In this document: positions 19,900-29,393 of the stretch, in pieces
How the letters are laid out: each line of letters starts with the position of its first letter
Position numbering within the stretch: the first letter of the stretch is position 1
Translations under genes and position numbers: made by a program
Assembly (NCBI GenBank): GCA_020444425.1
Contig: JAHLLB010000001.1
Span: 266,938 to 330,937, forward strand
DNA: 64,000 nt
Direction: 5' to 3'
Origin: a bacterium
GTDB taxonomy: Bacteria > Electryoneota > Electryoneia > Electryoneales > Electryoneaceae
The notes under the pieces: model-generated
Told to the model about the DNA's origin: nothing
Databases searched by the model: none
Seen by the model: the letters and a program-made list of their open reading frames with translations, nothing else

Positions 19900-20364
19900 A
19901 TGTACGGTTTTGCAGGCATAGAAGCGGGGAACGGGCTGACGTTGATGCTGGCAGGAATGCTGGTGGTCTTCGCCGCCCTGGTGACCCTCCTTTTCCTGAT
20001 GAAGTTTCTCAAGAAGGGGTTGGACGCGCAGCGTGCGGCGGTAAACCGGCGCCAGAAAGCACGTGAGGCGAAGGCGGCCGCGGCACGTGGTGACACGGTC
20101 GACGAGCCCGGCATCCGTGCCATCGAAGGTCCGGAAGGGCACGACATCAGCGGTGTCGAAATTGCTGCGATTGCGCTGACGTTGCTGTTCGAATCGGAGC
20201 AGGTGCACGACAACGAGTCGATGGTGTTGACGTTGCACGGGCTGCCGAAACCTTACAGCAACTGGTGGCAGGGTCGAATCGATCCGGCGTGGCGTGCTGC
20301 GGTGACCAAGGGACGTCCGGCAACATTGCAGACATCTGACCCGGAACGCGGGACCAGGGTGTAA
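19900..20364 (+). CDS. Na+-pump decarboxylase gamma subunit (OadG family membrane anchor)
   Basis: 154 aa with a single N-terminal TM helix (GLTLMLAGMLVVFAALVTLLFLMKF) and a soluble tail (GVEIAAIALTLLFE) like OadG/MmdD. Position between the alpha and biotin-carrier genes supports the call. Confidence 0.55.
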   Translation: MYGFAGIEAGNGLTLMLAGMLVVFAALVTLLFLMKFLKKGLDAQRAAVNRRQKAREAKAAAARGDTVDEPGIRAIEGPEGHDISGVEIAAIALTLLFESEQVHDNESMVLTLHGLPKPYSNWWQGRIDPAWRAAVTKGRPATLQTSDPERGTRV

Positions 20365-20466
20365 GAAACAACTACCGTCCACGAAAGACACAAAAGTTAG
20401 CGAAAATAGTACAAAGAGTTTTTGAGTGGCATCAAGTAGTTTTTTTCGTTCGTTTTCGCGGTTTTC

Positions 20467-20937
20467 GTGGACAGTTCATACGTTGAGAGCAACATGAACA
20501 CGTACAAGTTCAAGATTTACGGCCATGAGTTCGAAACGCGCGTCATCCGTCGTGACGAGGATGAGGTCGTGGTTTCCGTGAACGGTCAGGAATACAAGGC
20601 GTACCTCGAGCCGACCAAGCGGTCGATGCGGGCCAAGCCGACGCCGAAGATGGCACGTCCCGCGGCGGTCCCGTCGGAAGGGTTGAAGAAAACCGCGCCG
20701 CCGACGGAGGCCAAGGGTGCGGGTGCGGTCAAGGCACCGTTGCCCGGCTTGATCCTCAAGGTGCTGGTCAAGGAAGGCGACACGGTCAAATCCGGCGACC
20801 CGCTCTGCATCATGGAAGCGATGAAGATGGAGAATACCGTCGCCGCGCCGATGGGCGGAACCATCGCCAAGGTGTCGACCGCGGAAGGCCAGTCGGTGCT
20901 GGAAGGCGCGGAACTGGTGCTGATCAACCCGGCGTAA
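20467..20937 (+). CDS. Biotin carboxyl carrier protein of the decarboxylase (biotinyl-domain protein)
   Basis: C-terminal biotinyl domain with the CIMEAMKMENTVAAPMGGTIAKV motif (EAMKM biotinylation site) and an A/P/K-rich linker. Confidence 0.8.
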   Translation: MDSSYVESNMNTYKFKIYGHEFETRVIRRDEDEVVVSVNGQEYKAYLEPTKRSMRAKPTPKMARPAAVPSEGLKKTAPPTEAKGAGAVKAPLPGLILKVLVKEGDTVKSGDPLCIMEAMKMENTVAAPMGGTIAKVSTAEGQSVLEGAELVLINPA

Positions 20938-21073
20938 AGCCAGCTTCGTCAGAATCATGGAGACCGTTTTTTCCGGGCGGCACGCCTAACTGTTTGCTTT
21001 TTCGATTGATGTACAGCTAGTTATACCTATACACGACAGTTTGCTCAAATCGAACAAACGGGGGATTGGTATC

Positions 21074-22339
21074 ATGACGAAGCGTACATCGTTGTTTGTC
21101 AAAGCACTGATGTTGCTGGTGCTGGCGTTGCTGATCGCAACGGGATGTGAAGACGAAAAGAGTGCGGTTTCACCAGAAGAAACGTACGACGGCGATGGTT
21201 TTCCGGTAGCCATCATCACGGCTACCCCGGACGGTGACGACAGTTCGGATATCGTCGCCGCGTTCCGAGCTGCCAGTGAGACCACGGGCGATGATATTCC
21301 AAAGGAACTCATTCCTGAGGTGTACGATGTGCTGTATACACAGAACAATCCGGATGCGGCGCGTTCGTTCCTGAATTCGATGCGGGACGAGGATAACCGT
21401 CCAATGGTTGTCGTGGGACCAACGACAGATGAGGAGCTGGTTCGCTGCCTGGACTACTGTGATGATGATCCACTGCTCTTTCTAAGTCCAAATGGAGTCT
21501 CTATCGACCACGAACTGGAAGATGAGTATGTGCTCAGCTTCGGCGTCGATCTGCAGCATATCGTGAATGCATATATCAGTCAAACACTTGTTGATCGCTC
21601 GATCCTGGAGTACGGATGCCAGATTGTTCTGTTGGTTCCGGAAGCTTACGAAGAAAAAGACAGACTGGCTTCAATCTTCAGCGGATACAGCAACAGTCTT
21701 GGTAGTTGGTATATCGAGAACTCGACACTGTTTACGTACAGTCCGGAATCCATCGATATCGTATTGAATCAAATCCGGGACCAGTTCCCACTGGATATGA
21801 TGGATCCCGATTACTTGTACGTCTATTTCACTGGTACCAGCGACAATGCTGAGGAGCTCCGGAAAACATTGGAATGGGCAGCGAACACCAGTGAGAAGAT
21901 TCGTTGCATGGCGTCGCCTGAGTTCGCCAGGAATGAAGCATTGTTAAGTGATGCGGCATTTGTCAGAGTTGCGGAAGCACGAATTTTTTTCTGTTTGCAG
22001 CCTTCCGTCAACATGTATGGCGGGACAGGGGAATACTACAATCGTCTGGAAGCGCGGCTTCATCGCTCCGCGGATTTCAAGGCGCACATCAGTCATGATA
22101 TCCACCGCCTGTTGGCGGATGCCGTGCAGTCGATTACACCAGCGGAATCCAGGGCGGGAACCATTGAACGGTTACGCAATCGCATCATCGAGCTGGGCGT
22201 GAACCGTGAGGGAATTTCCGGTCCACTTGAGTTCGATGTTCATGGCGAACGGTACAACTTCAGCTTTGATGTTTTACGGATCCACAACGGCCAGTGGAAA
22301 ACCGATGGCACGATGACGGGCCACAACTTACGTAAATAG
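21074..22339 (+). CDS. Hypothetical lipoprotein (possible periplasmic-binding-protein-like fold) inserted within the decarboxylase operon; lower GC (~50%)
   Basis: ORF 21041..22339. The likely start is ATG at 21074 (MTKRTSLFVKALMLLVLALLIATGC, with lipobox LIATGC). Codon usage is clearly less GC3-rich than the flanking mmd genes. No catalytic motif recognised. Confidence 0.45.
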   Translation: MTKRTSLFVKALMLLVLALLIATGCEDEKSAVSPEETYDGDGFPVAIITATPDGDDSSDIVAAFRAASETTGDDIPKELIPEVYDVLYTQNNPDAARSFLNSMRDEDNRPMVVVGPTTDEELVRCLDYCDDDPLLFLSPNGVSIDHELEDEYVLSFGVDLQHIVNAYISQTLVDRSILEYGCQIVLLVPEAYEEKDRLASIFSGYSNSLGSWYIENSTLFTYSPESIDIVLNQIRDQFPLDMMDPDYLYVYFTGTSDNAEELRKTLEWAANTSEKIRCMASPEFARNEALLSDAAFVRVAEARIFFCLQPSVNMYGGTGEYYNRLEARLHRSADFKAHISHDIHRLLADAVQSITPAESRAGTIERLRNRIIELGVNREGISGPLEFDVHGERYNFSFDVLRIHNGQWKTDGTMTGHNLRK

Positions 22340-22406
22340 GCCGGCAGAGTTAACGAACGATTTAACCGTGAGCACCGGAATTCCGGTGTGAACCAGGACA
22401 GCAGAC

Positions 22407-23552
22407 ATGGACCTGCTAGGTCAGTTCATTGAATTCACCGGGTTTGCGCAACCCGGGCTGTGGAAAAATCTGATCATGATCGCGGTAGGCTTGTTCTTCA
22501 TCTACCTCGCGATCAAGAAGGATTACGAACCGTTGCTGTTGATCCCGATCGGGTTCGGGATTCTCGTTGGCAACATTCCGTTCCCGCAGGATGCCGGCCT
22601 CAACATCGGGATCTACGAGGAAAGCTCCGTCCTGCATTACCTCTACTTCGGGGTGTCGAAGGGTATCTACCCGCCGTTGATCTTCCTCGGCATCGGCGCG
22701 TTGACCGACTTTTCGGCCTTGCTCAGCAATCCGAAGCTGGTGTTGCTCGGTGCGGCGGCTCAGGTCGGCATCTTCATCACGCTACTTGGGGCGTTGGCGC
22801 TGGGCTTTTCTCCGGAACAGGCGGCGGCGATCGGCATTATTGGCGGTGCGGACGGTCCGACGGCAATCTTCATCTCGTCCAAGCTGGCGCCGGAACTGAT
22901 GGGCGCGATTGCGATTGCGGCATATTCGTACATGGCGCTGGTGCCGGTGATTCAGCCGCCGATCATGAAGCTGCTGACGACGGAAGCAGAACGGAAGATC
23001 CGGATGAAGCCGTCCCGTTCAGTGCCGAAATCGGAGAAGGTGATCTTCCCGTTGGTCGGTCTGCTGGCGACGTGTTTCATCGCGCCGGGTGCGTTGCCGC
23101 TGCTGGGCATGCTGTTCTTCGGTAATTTGCTGAAGGAAAGCGGCGTCACCGAACGTCTCGCGAAAACCGCCGGTACCTCGATGATCGACATCGTGACCAT
23201 TCTACTCGGGTTGACCGTCGGCGCGTCAACCCAGGCGAGTGTCTTCCTGACCCCGCAATCGATCTACATTTTCGTGCTCGGTGCGGTCAGCTTCATGATC
23301 GCGACCGCGGGCGGCTTGTTGTTCGCCAAGTTCATGAACCTGTTCCTCAAGGGGGACGCGAGGATCAACCCGTTGATCGGCGCGGCGGGAGTCAGCGCGG
23401 TGCCGGACAGCGCCCGTGTCGTGCAGCAGGTCGGTCGTCAGATCGATCCCGACAACTACCTGTTGATGCACGCGATGGGTCCGAACGTGTCGGGCGTGAT
23501 CGGTTCGGCGACGGCTGCCGGTGTATTGCTGTCGTACTTCCTCGCGGGGTGA
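22407..23552 (+). CDS. Na+-translocating decarboxylase beta subunit (OadB/MmdB family integral membrane protein)
   Basis: 381 aa, polytopic. The N-terminus MDLLGQFIEFTGFAQPGLWKNLIMIAVGLFFIYLAIKKDYEPLLLIPIGFGILVGNIP is characteristic of OadB/GcdB/MmdB. Confidence 0.85.
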   Translation: MDLLGQFIEFTGFAQPGLWKNLIMIAVGLFFIYLAIKKDYEPLLLIPIGFGILVGNIPFPQDAGLNIGIYEESSVLHYLYFGVSKGIYPPLIFLGIGALTDFSALLSNPKLVLLGAAAQVGIFITLLGALALGFSPEQAAAIGIIGGADGPTAIFISSKLAPELMGAIAIAAYSYMALVPVIQPPIMKLLTTEAERKIRMKPSRSVPKSEKVIFPLVGLLATCFIAPGALPLLGMLFFGNLLKESGVTERLAKTAGTSMIDIVTILLGLTVGASTQASVFLTPQSIYIFVLGAVSFMIATAGGLLFAKFMNLFLKGDARINPLIGAAGVSAVPDSARVVQQVGRQIDPDNYLLMHAMGPNVSGVIGSATAAGVLLSYFLAG

Positions 23553-23646
23553 TGATCGGTAGTCGGTAAACGGTTGTCGGTTATTGGTAATCGGTAATCG
23601 GTAATCGGTAATCGGTAATCGGTAATCGGTAATCGGTAATCGGTAA
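23553..23646. repeat. Heptanucleotide tandem repeat (CGGTAAT)n, 8 perfect units preceded by about 5 degenerate units
   Basis: GATCGGTAGTCGGTAAACGGTTGTCGGTTATTGGTAATCGGTAATCGGTAATC... ending ...CGGTAACTGAG. Begins immediately after the mmdB stop codon. Confidence 0.9.
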
Positions 23647-23684
23647 CTGAGACCAAGTAAGAAGTATTGAAGATGAAATAAATC

Positions 23685-23712
23685 GGGGACACTTACTCCG
23701 TTAAGTGTCCCC
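23685..23712. repeat. Palindromic element GGGGACACTTA-CTCCGT-TAAGTGTCCCC; may also terminate sodC on the minus strand, since a T-rich tract follows
   Basis: Perfect 11-bp stem. Member of a family that recurs at 31995, 32072 and 34082. On the minus strand the hairpin is followed by GATTTATTTCATCTTC. Confidence 0.6.
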
Positions 23713-23802
23713 GTTGCTCTCATCGTCTCTGTACTTCTTTTTACTTCGTACTTCTTTTCTACTTTCGACTTCTTTGCGACTCTGTACTTCTGATCGACTT
23801 CG

Positions 23803-24393
23803 TTATTCCATCCCATCCTTCGCGACACCAATCACACCGCAGGCGACACGTGCGCCCGCCGCTCCGGTCGGTTGGCTGCGGAGGTCATCTTCGCCGGCGT
23901 GTACAATGACCCCGCGCCCGAGAATCGAGCTGGGTCCGTGCAAGCTCATCTTTGGATCGATCCAACGGTATTCAGCCTTCCCCTGTTCGTCCGCGACCAA
24001 GTTGCCGAGATCGCCGGCATGGCGTGTCTCATCGGCGGGTCCGGCGTGTGGATGGCCGGTCGGGTTGAAGTGTCCGCCTGCCGAAGTCCCGTCCGGCGCG
24101 GAGCAGTCGCCGAATTCATGGATGTGGAATCCATGCTTGCCGGGAGTCAGCCCTGTGACGACGGCCTCCACCAGTACGCCATCTTGTGACTGGGTAAAGG
24201 TCACGGTCCCGTGGACATCGTTGCCTTGTGTCGGTTGCAGCACGGCGATGGCTTTGGTCACGTTCATCCCCATCCCGTCGTGCATCGGCATTTTGTGATT
24301 CTCGTGCATCTGCGCCCAGGTTGTCGGCATCAGGGCGAGCAACAGAACAGCGAGAACGGTCAAGGTGACCGTCAAATTGGCTCGGAATTGCAT
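23803..24393 (-). CDS. sodC: Periplasmic Cu/Zn superoxide dismutase
   Basis: ORF 23803..24507. The likely start is ATG at 24393 (MQFRANLTVTLTVLAVLLLALMPTTWAQ signal peptide, GGAGG SD). Cu/Zn-SOD signature is GFHIHEFGDCS...GGHFNP...HAGDLGN...GRGVIVHAGEDD...RVACGVIG. Confidence 0.85.
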   Translation of the reverse strand: MQFRANLTVTLTVLAVLLLALMPTTWAQMHENHKMPMHDGMGMNVTKAIAVLQPTQGNDVHGTVTFTQSQDGVLVEAVVTGLTPGKHGFHIHEFGDCSAPDGTSAGGHFNPTGHPHAGPADETRHAGDLGNLVADEQGKAEYRWIDPKMSLHGPSSILGRGVIVHAGEDDLRSQPTGAAGARVACGVIGVAKDGME

Positions 24394-24643
24394 CGTACTC
24401 CTCCTCTCCCCGGCGCACCGGGTCATCTTGTTTATAGCATGTTGGGTACTGGTTGACGTTCTTGTGAACGGATCAGACAGGTACGGAGTTCCGTGCCGAT
24501 CGGGCATTCGTTCGCCCTCTCGAGGAAGGCTCTCCGCGAGGGAGAACTATCGGGTCCGGGGAGAAATGGAACTGGTTTCCCTCCACAACAGCTCCTAGAT
24601 TCACACTTTCACCGAACCCACAGACTGAGCGTACGAGGAAATC

Positions 24644-25273
24644 ATGACCGCTGAAGAAGCACTGAAACGATTGCAGGACGGAAACAAGCGATTTGTCGAT
24701 CGTTCGCACGAATACGCCGGGTTGGACGACGAGAAACGCAAGGCGCTTGTCAGCGAGGGGCAGAACCCGCTTGCGTGTGTGTTGTCCTGCAGCGATTCAC
24801 GTGTTCCGAGCGAACACATCTTCGACTGCGGTTTCGGCGATTTGTTCATGGTACGGGTGGCTGGAAACATCGTGCATTCGATCGAAACCGGCAGCGTCGA
24901 GTTCGCGGTCTGGGAACTGGGAGTGCCCCTGGTTGTGGTGCTGGGACATACCCACTGCGGCGCGGTGACGGCAGCGGTCAGTGAGGAAACAGCGTTCGGC
25001 GCAGTGCGGTTGATTCTTGACCGTGTGCTGCCCTCAGTGCATCAGGCGCAGACCGAAAACCCGGGTGCAGACACGGACACGATCATCAATTCCGCTGTCC
25101 GGAAGAACGTGTTCAAGTCGATGGAAGATCTGTTGCTGGGCAGTATGGTTGTGCGGCGCTCGGTGCGTGTGAACCGGATGGAGTTGCACGGCGCGATCTA
25201 CGACATCGAGACCGGCACGGTGGAATGGCTGGGCGAGCATCCCCGTCAACGGGAATGGCTGGAGCTGGGGTAA
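24644..25273 (+). CDS. Beta-class carbonic anhydrase
   Basis: CSDSRVPSEHIFDCGFGDLFMVRVAGN and GHTHCGAV are the zinc-ligand motifs (Cys-Asp-Arg / His-x-x-Cys) of beta-carbonic anhydrases. Confidence 0.8.
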   Translation: MTAEEALKRLQDGNKRFVDRSHEYAGLDDEKRKALVSEGQNPLACVLSCSDSRVPSEHIFDCGFGDLFMVRVAGNIVHSIETGSVEFAVWELGVPLVVVLGHTHCGAVTAAVSEETAFGAVRLILDRVLPSVHQAQTENPGADTDTIINSAVRKNVFKSMEDLLLGSMVVRRSVRVNRMELHGAIYDIETGTVEWLGEHPRQREWLELG

Positions 25274-25350
25274 AACGGGCTCTGGGCTCTGGGCTCTGGG
25301 CTCTGGGCTCTGGGCTCTGAGACCTCAGACCGCAGACCGCAGACCGCAGA
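25264..25350. repeat. Heptamer tandem repeats (GGGCTCT)x5 followed by (CAGACCG)x3-4
   Basis: GGGCTCTGGGCTCTGGGCTCTGGGCTCTGGGCTCTGAGACCTCAGACCGCAGACCGCAGACCGCAGATAG. Overlaps the last codons and 3' flank of the carbonic anhydrase gene. Confidence 0.9.
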
Positions 25351-25424
25351 TAGAAATGTGGCCGTGTCTGCTCGTCAGACGCGGCCCCGTTGCTCGTACC
25401 AAGTGCTGACCGCAACGGACCACA

Positions 25425-25666
25425 AGCTCTTGCCCGTGTTGGCTCTGCCAACGCGGATCAACCGCCTACCATATCCTGGCAGCTTCCGCGGGCATCAGCT
25501 CTTGCCCGTGTTGGCTCCGCCAACGCGGGTCATCCGCACGGTAAGCTTCGCTCACCATCGACCATCCGCGGCAGCACAGCTTCCGCGGGCATCAGCGGCC
25601 ATCCGTGGAGTACCGGACCTCTTATTGTTGGTTTACTCACATCTCACATCTCACAACTCACAGCTA
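25425..25666. repeat. Repeat-rich intergenic segment: two ~45-bp direct repeats, two 20-bp direct repeats and an (ATCTCAC) heptamer tract
   Basis: AGCTCTTGCCCGTGTTGGCTC(T/C)GCCAACGCGG(A/G)TCA(A/T)CCGC at 25425 and 25497. CAGCTTCCGCGGGCATCAGC at 25480 and 25577. ACTCACATCTCACATCTCACAACTCACAGC at 25634-25666. Confidence 0.8.
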
Positions 25667-26080
25667 CCGTTTCCCATGCTCGATCTTGATGCACTTGTCC
25701 ATCACCACGCCAAGCCCGGCATTCCGTGCGATCTCGGCGGCTTCGTCATTGACAATCCCCAGCTGCAGCCAGAAGTATTTCGCGCCGATTTTCGCGGCGG
25801 CTTCGGCGACCGGGACCACGCGATCCGGGTTGAGGAACACGTCCACCACCTCCACCGGCCCGTCGATCGCTTCCAGGTTCGGGTAGCACTTCCTGCCCAG
25901 GACTTCGGTCGCCTTTGGATGTACCGGCACAACATCGTACCCATGGTCAATCAGGTATTTGCCGACTTTGTAGCTGTCGCGGTGTTCCTTCGGTGACAGA
26001 CCGACGATGGCGATACGGCCCTTGGTGTTGAGGATTTCGTTGATCACGGACGGATCGTTCACGGGACGAGTTTCAGACAT
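25664..26080 (-). CDS. CoA-binding domain protein (YccU-like)
   Basis: 138 aa. RIAIVGLSPKEHRDSYKVGKYLIDHGYDVVPVHPK matches the Rossmann-like CoA-binding fold. Confidence 0.65.
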   Translation of the reverse strand: MSETRPVNDPSVINEILNTKGRIAIVGLSPKEHRDSYKVGKYLIDHGYDVVPVHPKATEVLGRKCYPNLEAIDGPVEVVDVFLNPDRVVPVAEAAAKIGAKYFWLQLGIVNDEAAEIARNAGLGVVMDKCIKIEHGKR

Positions 26081-26112
26081 GGGGACTCTCCAGTAGCTTC
26101 GGGTTACTGTGT

Positions 26113-26481
26113 TCAGGCGAAACTGAGCCAGGACGGGAACAGCAGGTTCAGCAGCGACAGGATCGCGATCAGGATCATCAGCACCCCGAAGGACAGATTC
26201 ATCAGGAACTTCGGGCTCTGTTTCAGTTTCGCGTTCGCTTCCTCGAGTTCGACGATCCGTTCCCGCAGGTCCGAGGAGCTCGGATCGCTGGCTCGCTGCA
26301 CTCCTTCCCGTTCAGCCAGTTCAGTACGTTCCAGCCGCAACTTGAGTTCGATGAGCTGGTTGCGCAATCGTTTCGGCTGGCGGTAGAGGTACTCAACCAG
26401 CAGGAACAGGCCGAATGCGAACAACGCGCCGTTGATCGCGGCCAGCACAAGACGCATGATCGTCAAACCGTCTGAGCTCAT
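26113..26481 (-). CDS. Hypothetical small membrane protein with central coiled-coil
   Basis: 122 aa. Two hydrophobic helices flank a charged E/R/L-rich segment. Confidence 0.35.
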   Translation of the reverse strand: MSSDGLTIMRLVLAAINGALFAFGLFLLVEYLYRQPKRLRNQLIELKLRLERTELAEREGVQRASDPSSSDLRERIVELEEANAKLKQSPKFLMNLSFGVLMILIAILSLLNLLFPSWLSFA

Positions 26482-26693
26482 GAACTTCTTCTCGTTGCGG
26501 TGAATCGTGACGGGGAAATGTAAACTGTTGCGAGTTCGAACGGATGACTCAGCACGATCCGTTCGCCGTCAGAGAGTATACTCGTTCGCTGGCGCAGGTT
26601 TCCGTGGGAAAGCGCGGAGTGTTACGCGAACAGTACCGGGATGGAGAAGGAACCCGTCTTGCGATCAAGCCGGGGCAGACCGTAGAAACAACC

Positions 26694-29297
26694 ATGCCTG
26701 CAAACGACCAGAAAGAAGCGAAACGCCGTGCCGCGATGGCCGCCTTGGATTATGACAAGGTGCTGGACGCCGTCGCCGGGCTGTGCCTGACCGGATACGG
26801 ACGCGACCGCGTTCTCGATCTGTACCCGTCATTCGAACCGGATCCGGAGTGGACGCAGCGTGTGGACCAGGTCGAGACCTTGCGTGACGAATTCGACCGC
26901 ATCGAGACGTTAACCGGTCTGATCGAACGCGACCAGCCGCTCAATTTCGCGGGTGTGCGTGATCTCGGCGATAGCCTGTTGCGGGCGCAAGTGCCGGGCA
27001 GCCGGCTGGAAACCGGCGAATTGCTCGACATCGCACAGATGCTGACCGCGACGGACCGTCTCCGCGAACAGATCAACAAGCGCGCCGACGAGATGAACGC
27101 GTTGCAGCCGTTCGCGGACATCCTGCCCTCCGCCCCACGCCTGGTCAGCCGCATCGAAAAGATGATCAGCGTACGCACCGGCCTTGTCGTCGATAATGCG
27201 ACGCCGGAGCTGAACCGTCTCCGCCGTTCGGTTGAGACTTCGATCAGCAACATGCGCAACAAGCTGGACGGCCTGATCCGCCGTCACAGTGACGCCGGCG
27301 AACTCGTCGAGAGTAGCTTCAGTGTGCGTGAGGACCGGTATGTGCTGGCGGTGAAGTCGTCGTCCCGGAACCGTGTACACGGCATCGTTCACGGCATGTC
27401 CTCCTCCGGCAACACAGTGTACATCGAGCCGAACGAACTGGTCGCGGCGGGCAACGAAATCCGCCGGTTGCAGGAAGAAGAAGCTGAGGAGGTGCGGCGA
27501 ATCCTGCGACTGTTGACCGATGACGTCCGTGAACACCTGGACGATCTCAAGGACGCCGTCCTCTGTGTCGGGTTGCTCGACAGCCTGCAGGCGCGGGCGA
27601 AGTTCGCGGTGGAGGTCGGCGCGATGCGGCCGGCAGTTCAATCGGGCATGCTCAGGTTGGTCGAAGCGCGTCACCCGCTGTTGGTGTTGCGCAAAGGGAT
27701 CGACGCAACGGTGCCGTTGACACTGTATCTCGGCCGCGATCCGGATCAGCGGGTGGAGAATCCACGACCTGAAGGTCGTGGGCATGATGGCGAAACGGTC
27801 CGTTCTGTGGGGGCGCATCCCGAGGGCGCTCATCCCGAAGAAGCGCTGGGCCGTGCGTTTGTCATCACCGGTCCAAACGCCGGCGGGAAGACCGTTTTGC
27901 TGAAGACGCTCGGCCTGTGTTCAGCGTTGATTCACGCCGGCATCTGGCCACCGGTTGGGGATGGAACCGTGGTGCCGCCGTTGGACGAGTGGCATGTGAT
28001 CATCGGGGACGATCAGTCGCTCGAGGGCGATTTGTCGTCGTTCACCGGGCACCTTGAGAAACTGAAAACGATCACCGTCAGCCCAGCACCGAACAAATTG
28101 GTGCTGGTAGACGAAATCGCCGCAGGAACCGATCCCGCCGAGGGGGGACCGTTAGCCGAATCGTTCCTCGAGATGGCGGTCGAGCGGGGCTGGTGGACGC
28201 TGGTCAGCACTCACATGGGTGAGCTCAAGGCGTTTGCGCACAAAACGGACGGCGTTCGCAACGGGTCGATGCAGTTCAACCGCGAGACCCTCTCTCCCAC
28301 CTACGTCTTCCAACCCGACCTGCCGGGTTCCAGCTATGCGTTGGAAATTGCCGCACGTGTCGGCATGCCGAAGAAGGTGGTCAAGCGGGCGCGCACTCTC
28401 GCCGGTTCGAAACGCGCGAAGCTGGAAGACCTGATTGAGGAATTGTCGCAGCGGTTGCGTGGCGCGAAGGAACGCGAACGAGAGTTGGAGAAGTCGCTCG
28501 CTTCTGCCAATGACCGGGACGCGAAGCTACAGGAGAAGATCGACGCGCTGGAGGCGAAGCGGGACGAACACATCGCTAAAGCCACTGCGGAAGCGCAGCG
28601 GATCTTAGACAATGCTAATCGTACGCTTGAGCACACGGTGAAGCAGATCCGTGAGCAGCAGGCGTCCAAGGAGTCGATCCTCGCCGCAAAGCAGCGGTTC
28701 GCCGAGTTGCAGGACACGGTGCAATCCGAGGCGAACGCCGCCGACGAACGCCGCAAAAAGCGCCAGCAGAAACCAAAGCCGAAGAAGGTTCAGAAGCCCA
28801 CTGCCGCCAAAAAGCAGGAACCGGAAACGGTCACGTTGGACGGTCCTCTGGAAATCGGTGACGAGGTTCTCATTGGCGAGGGTGATGTACGCGGTACGGT
28901 GCTGGCGTTGAAGAAGACCAGCGTGCAGGTCGCGACCGGATCAATGAAATTGTGGATGGCACCGTCCGAATTACGCAAAGTCGGCCGCAGCCAGCCGACC
29001 GCACATAGCCGCGTTGAAGTCGGCCTTGGGGACGAGGACAAGGGCCCGATCAGCACGGAACTCAAGTTGATCGGCAAACGTGCCGAAGAAGCATCGGCAG
29101 AGCTGGAAGCGTACCTGGAAGAGCTCGCGCTGGCGAACCTGCCCTATGCACGGATCGTACACGGCAAAGGCACTGGCACTCTGCGCGCGATGGTGCAGGA
29201 ACGGTTGAAGAACAGCCCGCTGGTCGCGGAGTACCGTTTCGGTGAACCGGGCGAAGGCGGGGACGGTGTCACGGTTGTGCAGATGACCAAGTCCTGA
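26694..29297 (+). CDS. mutS2: Endonuclease MutS2 (MutS domain V plus C-terminal Smr domain)
   Basis: ORF 26544..29297. The likely start is ATG at 26694 (MPANDQKEAKRRAAMAALDYDKVLDAV). Walker A ITGPNAGGKTVLLKTLGL. Long coiled-coil. C-terminal Smr-like region (ELKLIGKRAEEA...IVHGKGTGTLRAMVQERL). A low-complexity insert (PRPEGRGHDGETVRSVGAHPEGAHPEE) precedes the P-loop. Confidence 0.85.
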   Translation: MPANDQKEAKRRAAMAALDYDKVLDAVAGLCLTGYGRDRVLDLYPSFEPDPEWTQRVDQVETLRDEFDRIETLTGLIERDQPLNFAGVRDLGDSLLRAQVPGSRLETGELLDIAQMLTATDRLREQINKRADEMNALQPFADILPSAPRLVSRIEKMISVRTGLVVDNATPELNRLRRSVETSISNMRNKLDGLIRRHSDAGELVESSFSVREDRYVLAVKSSSRNRVHGIVHGMSSSGNTVYIEPNELVAAGNEIRRLQEEEAEEVRRILRLLTDDVREHLDDLKDAVLCVGLLDSLQARAKFAVEVGAMRPAVQSGMLRLVEARHPLLVLRKGIDATVPLTLYLGRDPDQRVENPRPEGRGHDGETVRSVGAHPEGAHPEEALGRAFVITGPNAGGKTVLLKTLGLCSALIHAGIWPPVGDGTVVPPLDEWHVIIGDDQSLEGDLSSFTGHLEKLKTITVSPAPNKLVLVDEIAAGTDPAEGGPLAESFLEMAVERGWWTLVSTHMGELKAFAHKTDGVRNGSMQFNRETLSPTYVFQPDLPGSSYALEIAARVGMPKKVVKRARTLAGSKRAKLEDLIEELSQRLRGAKERERELEKSLASANDRDAKLQEKIDALEAKRDEHIAKATAEAQRILDNANRTLEHTVKQIREQQASKESILAAKQRFAELQDTVQSEANAADERRKKRQQKPKPKKVQKPTAAKKQEPETVTLDGPLEIGDEVLIGEGDVRGTVLALKKTSVQVATGSMKLWMAPSELRKVGRSQPTAHSRVEVGLGDEDKGPISTELKLIGKRAEEASAELEAYLEELALANLPYARIVHGKGTGTLRAMVQERLKNSPLVAEYRFGEPGEGGDGVTVVQMTKS

Positions 29298-29393
29298 TCG
29301 TCACCGGGGGAACATGCGCCCGTCTGGCAATCGGGAACATGAACTGTTACCTTGTGCGCGTTCAGGTTGTGACATTAAACCCATGTGGGTCCG

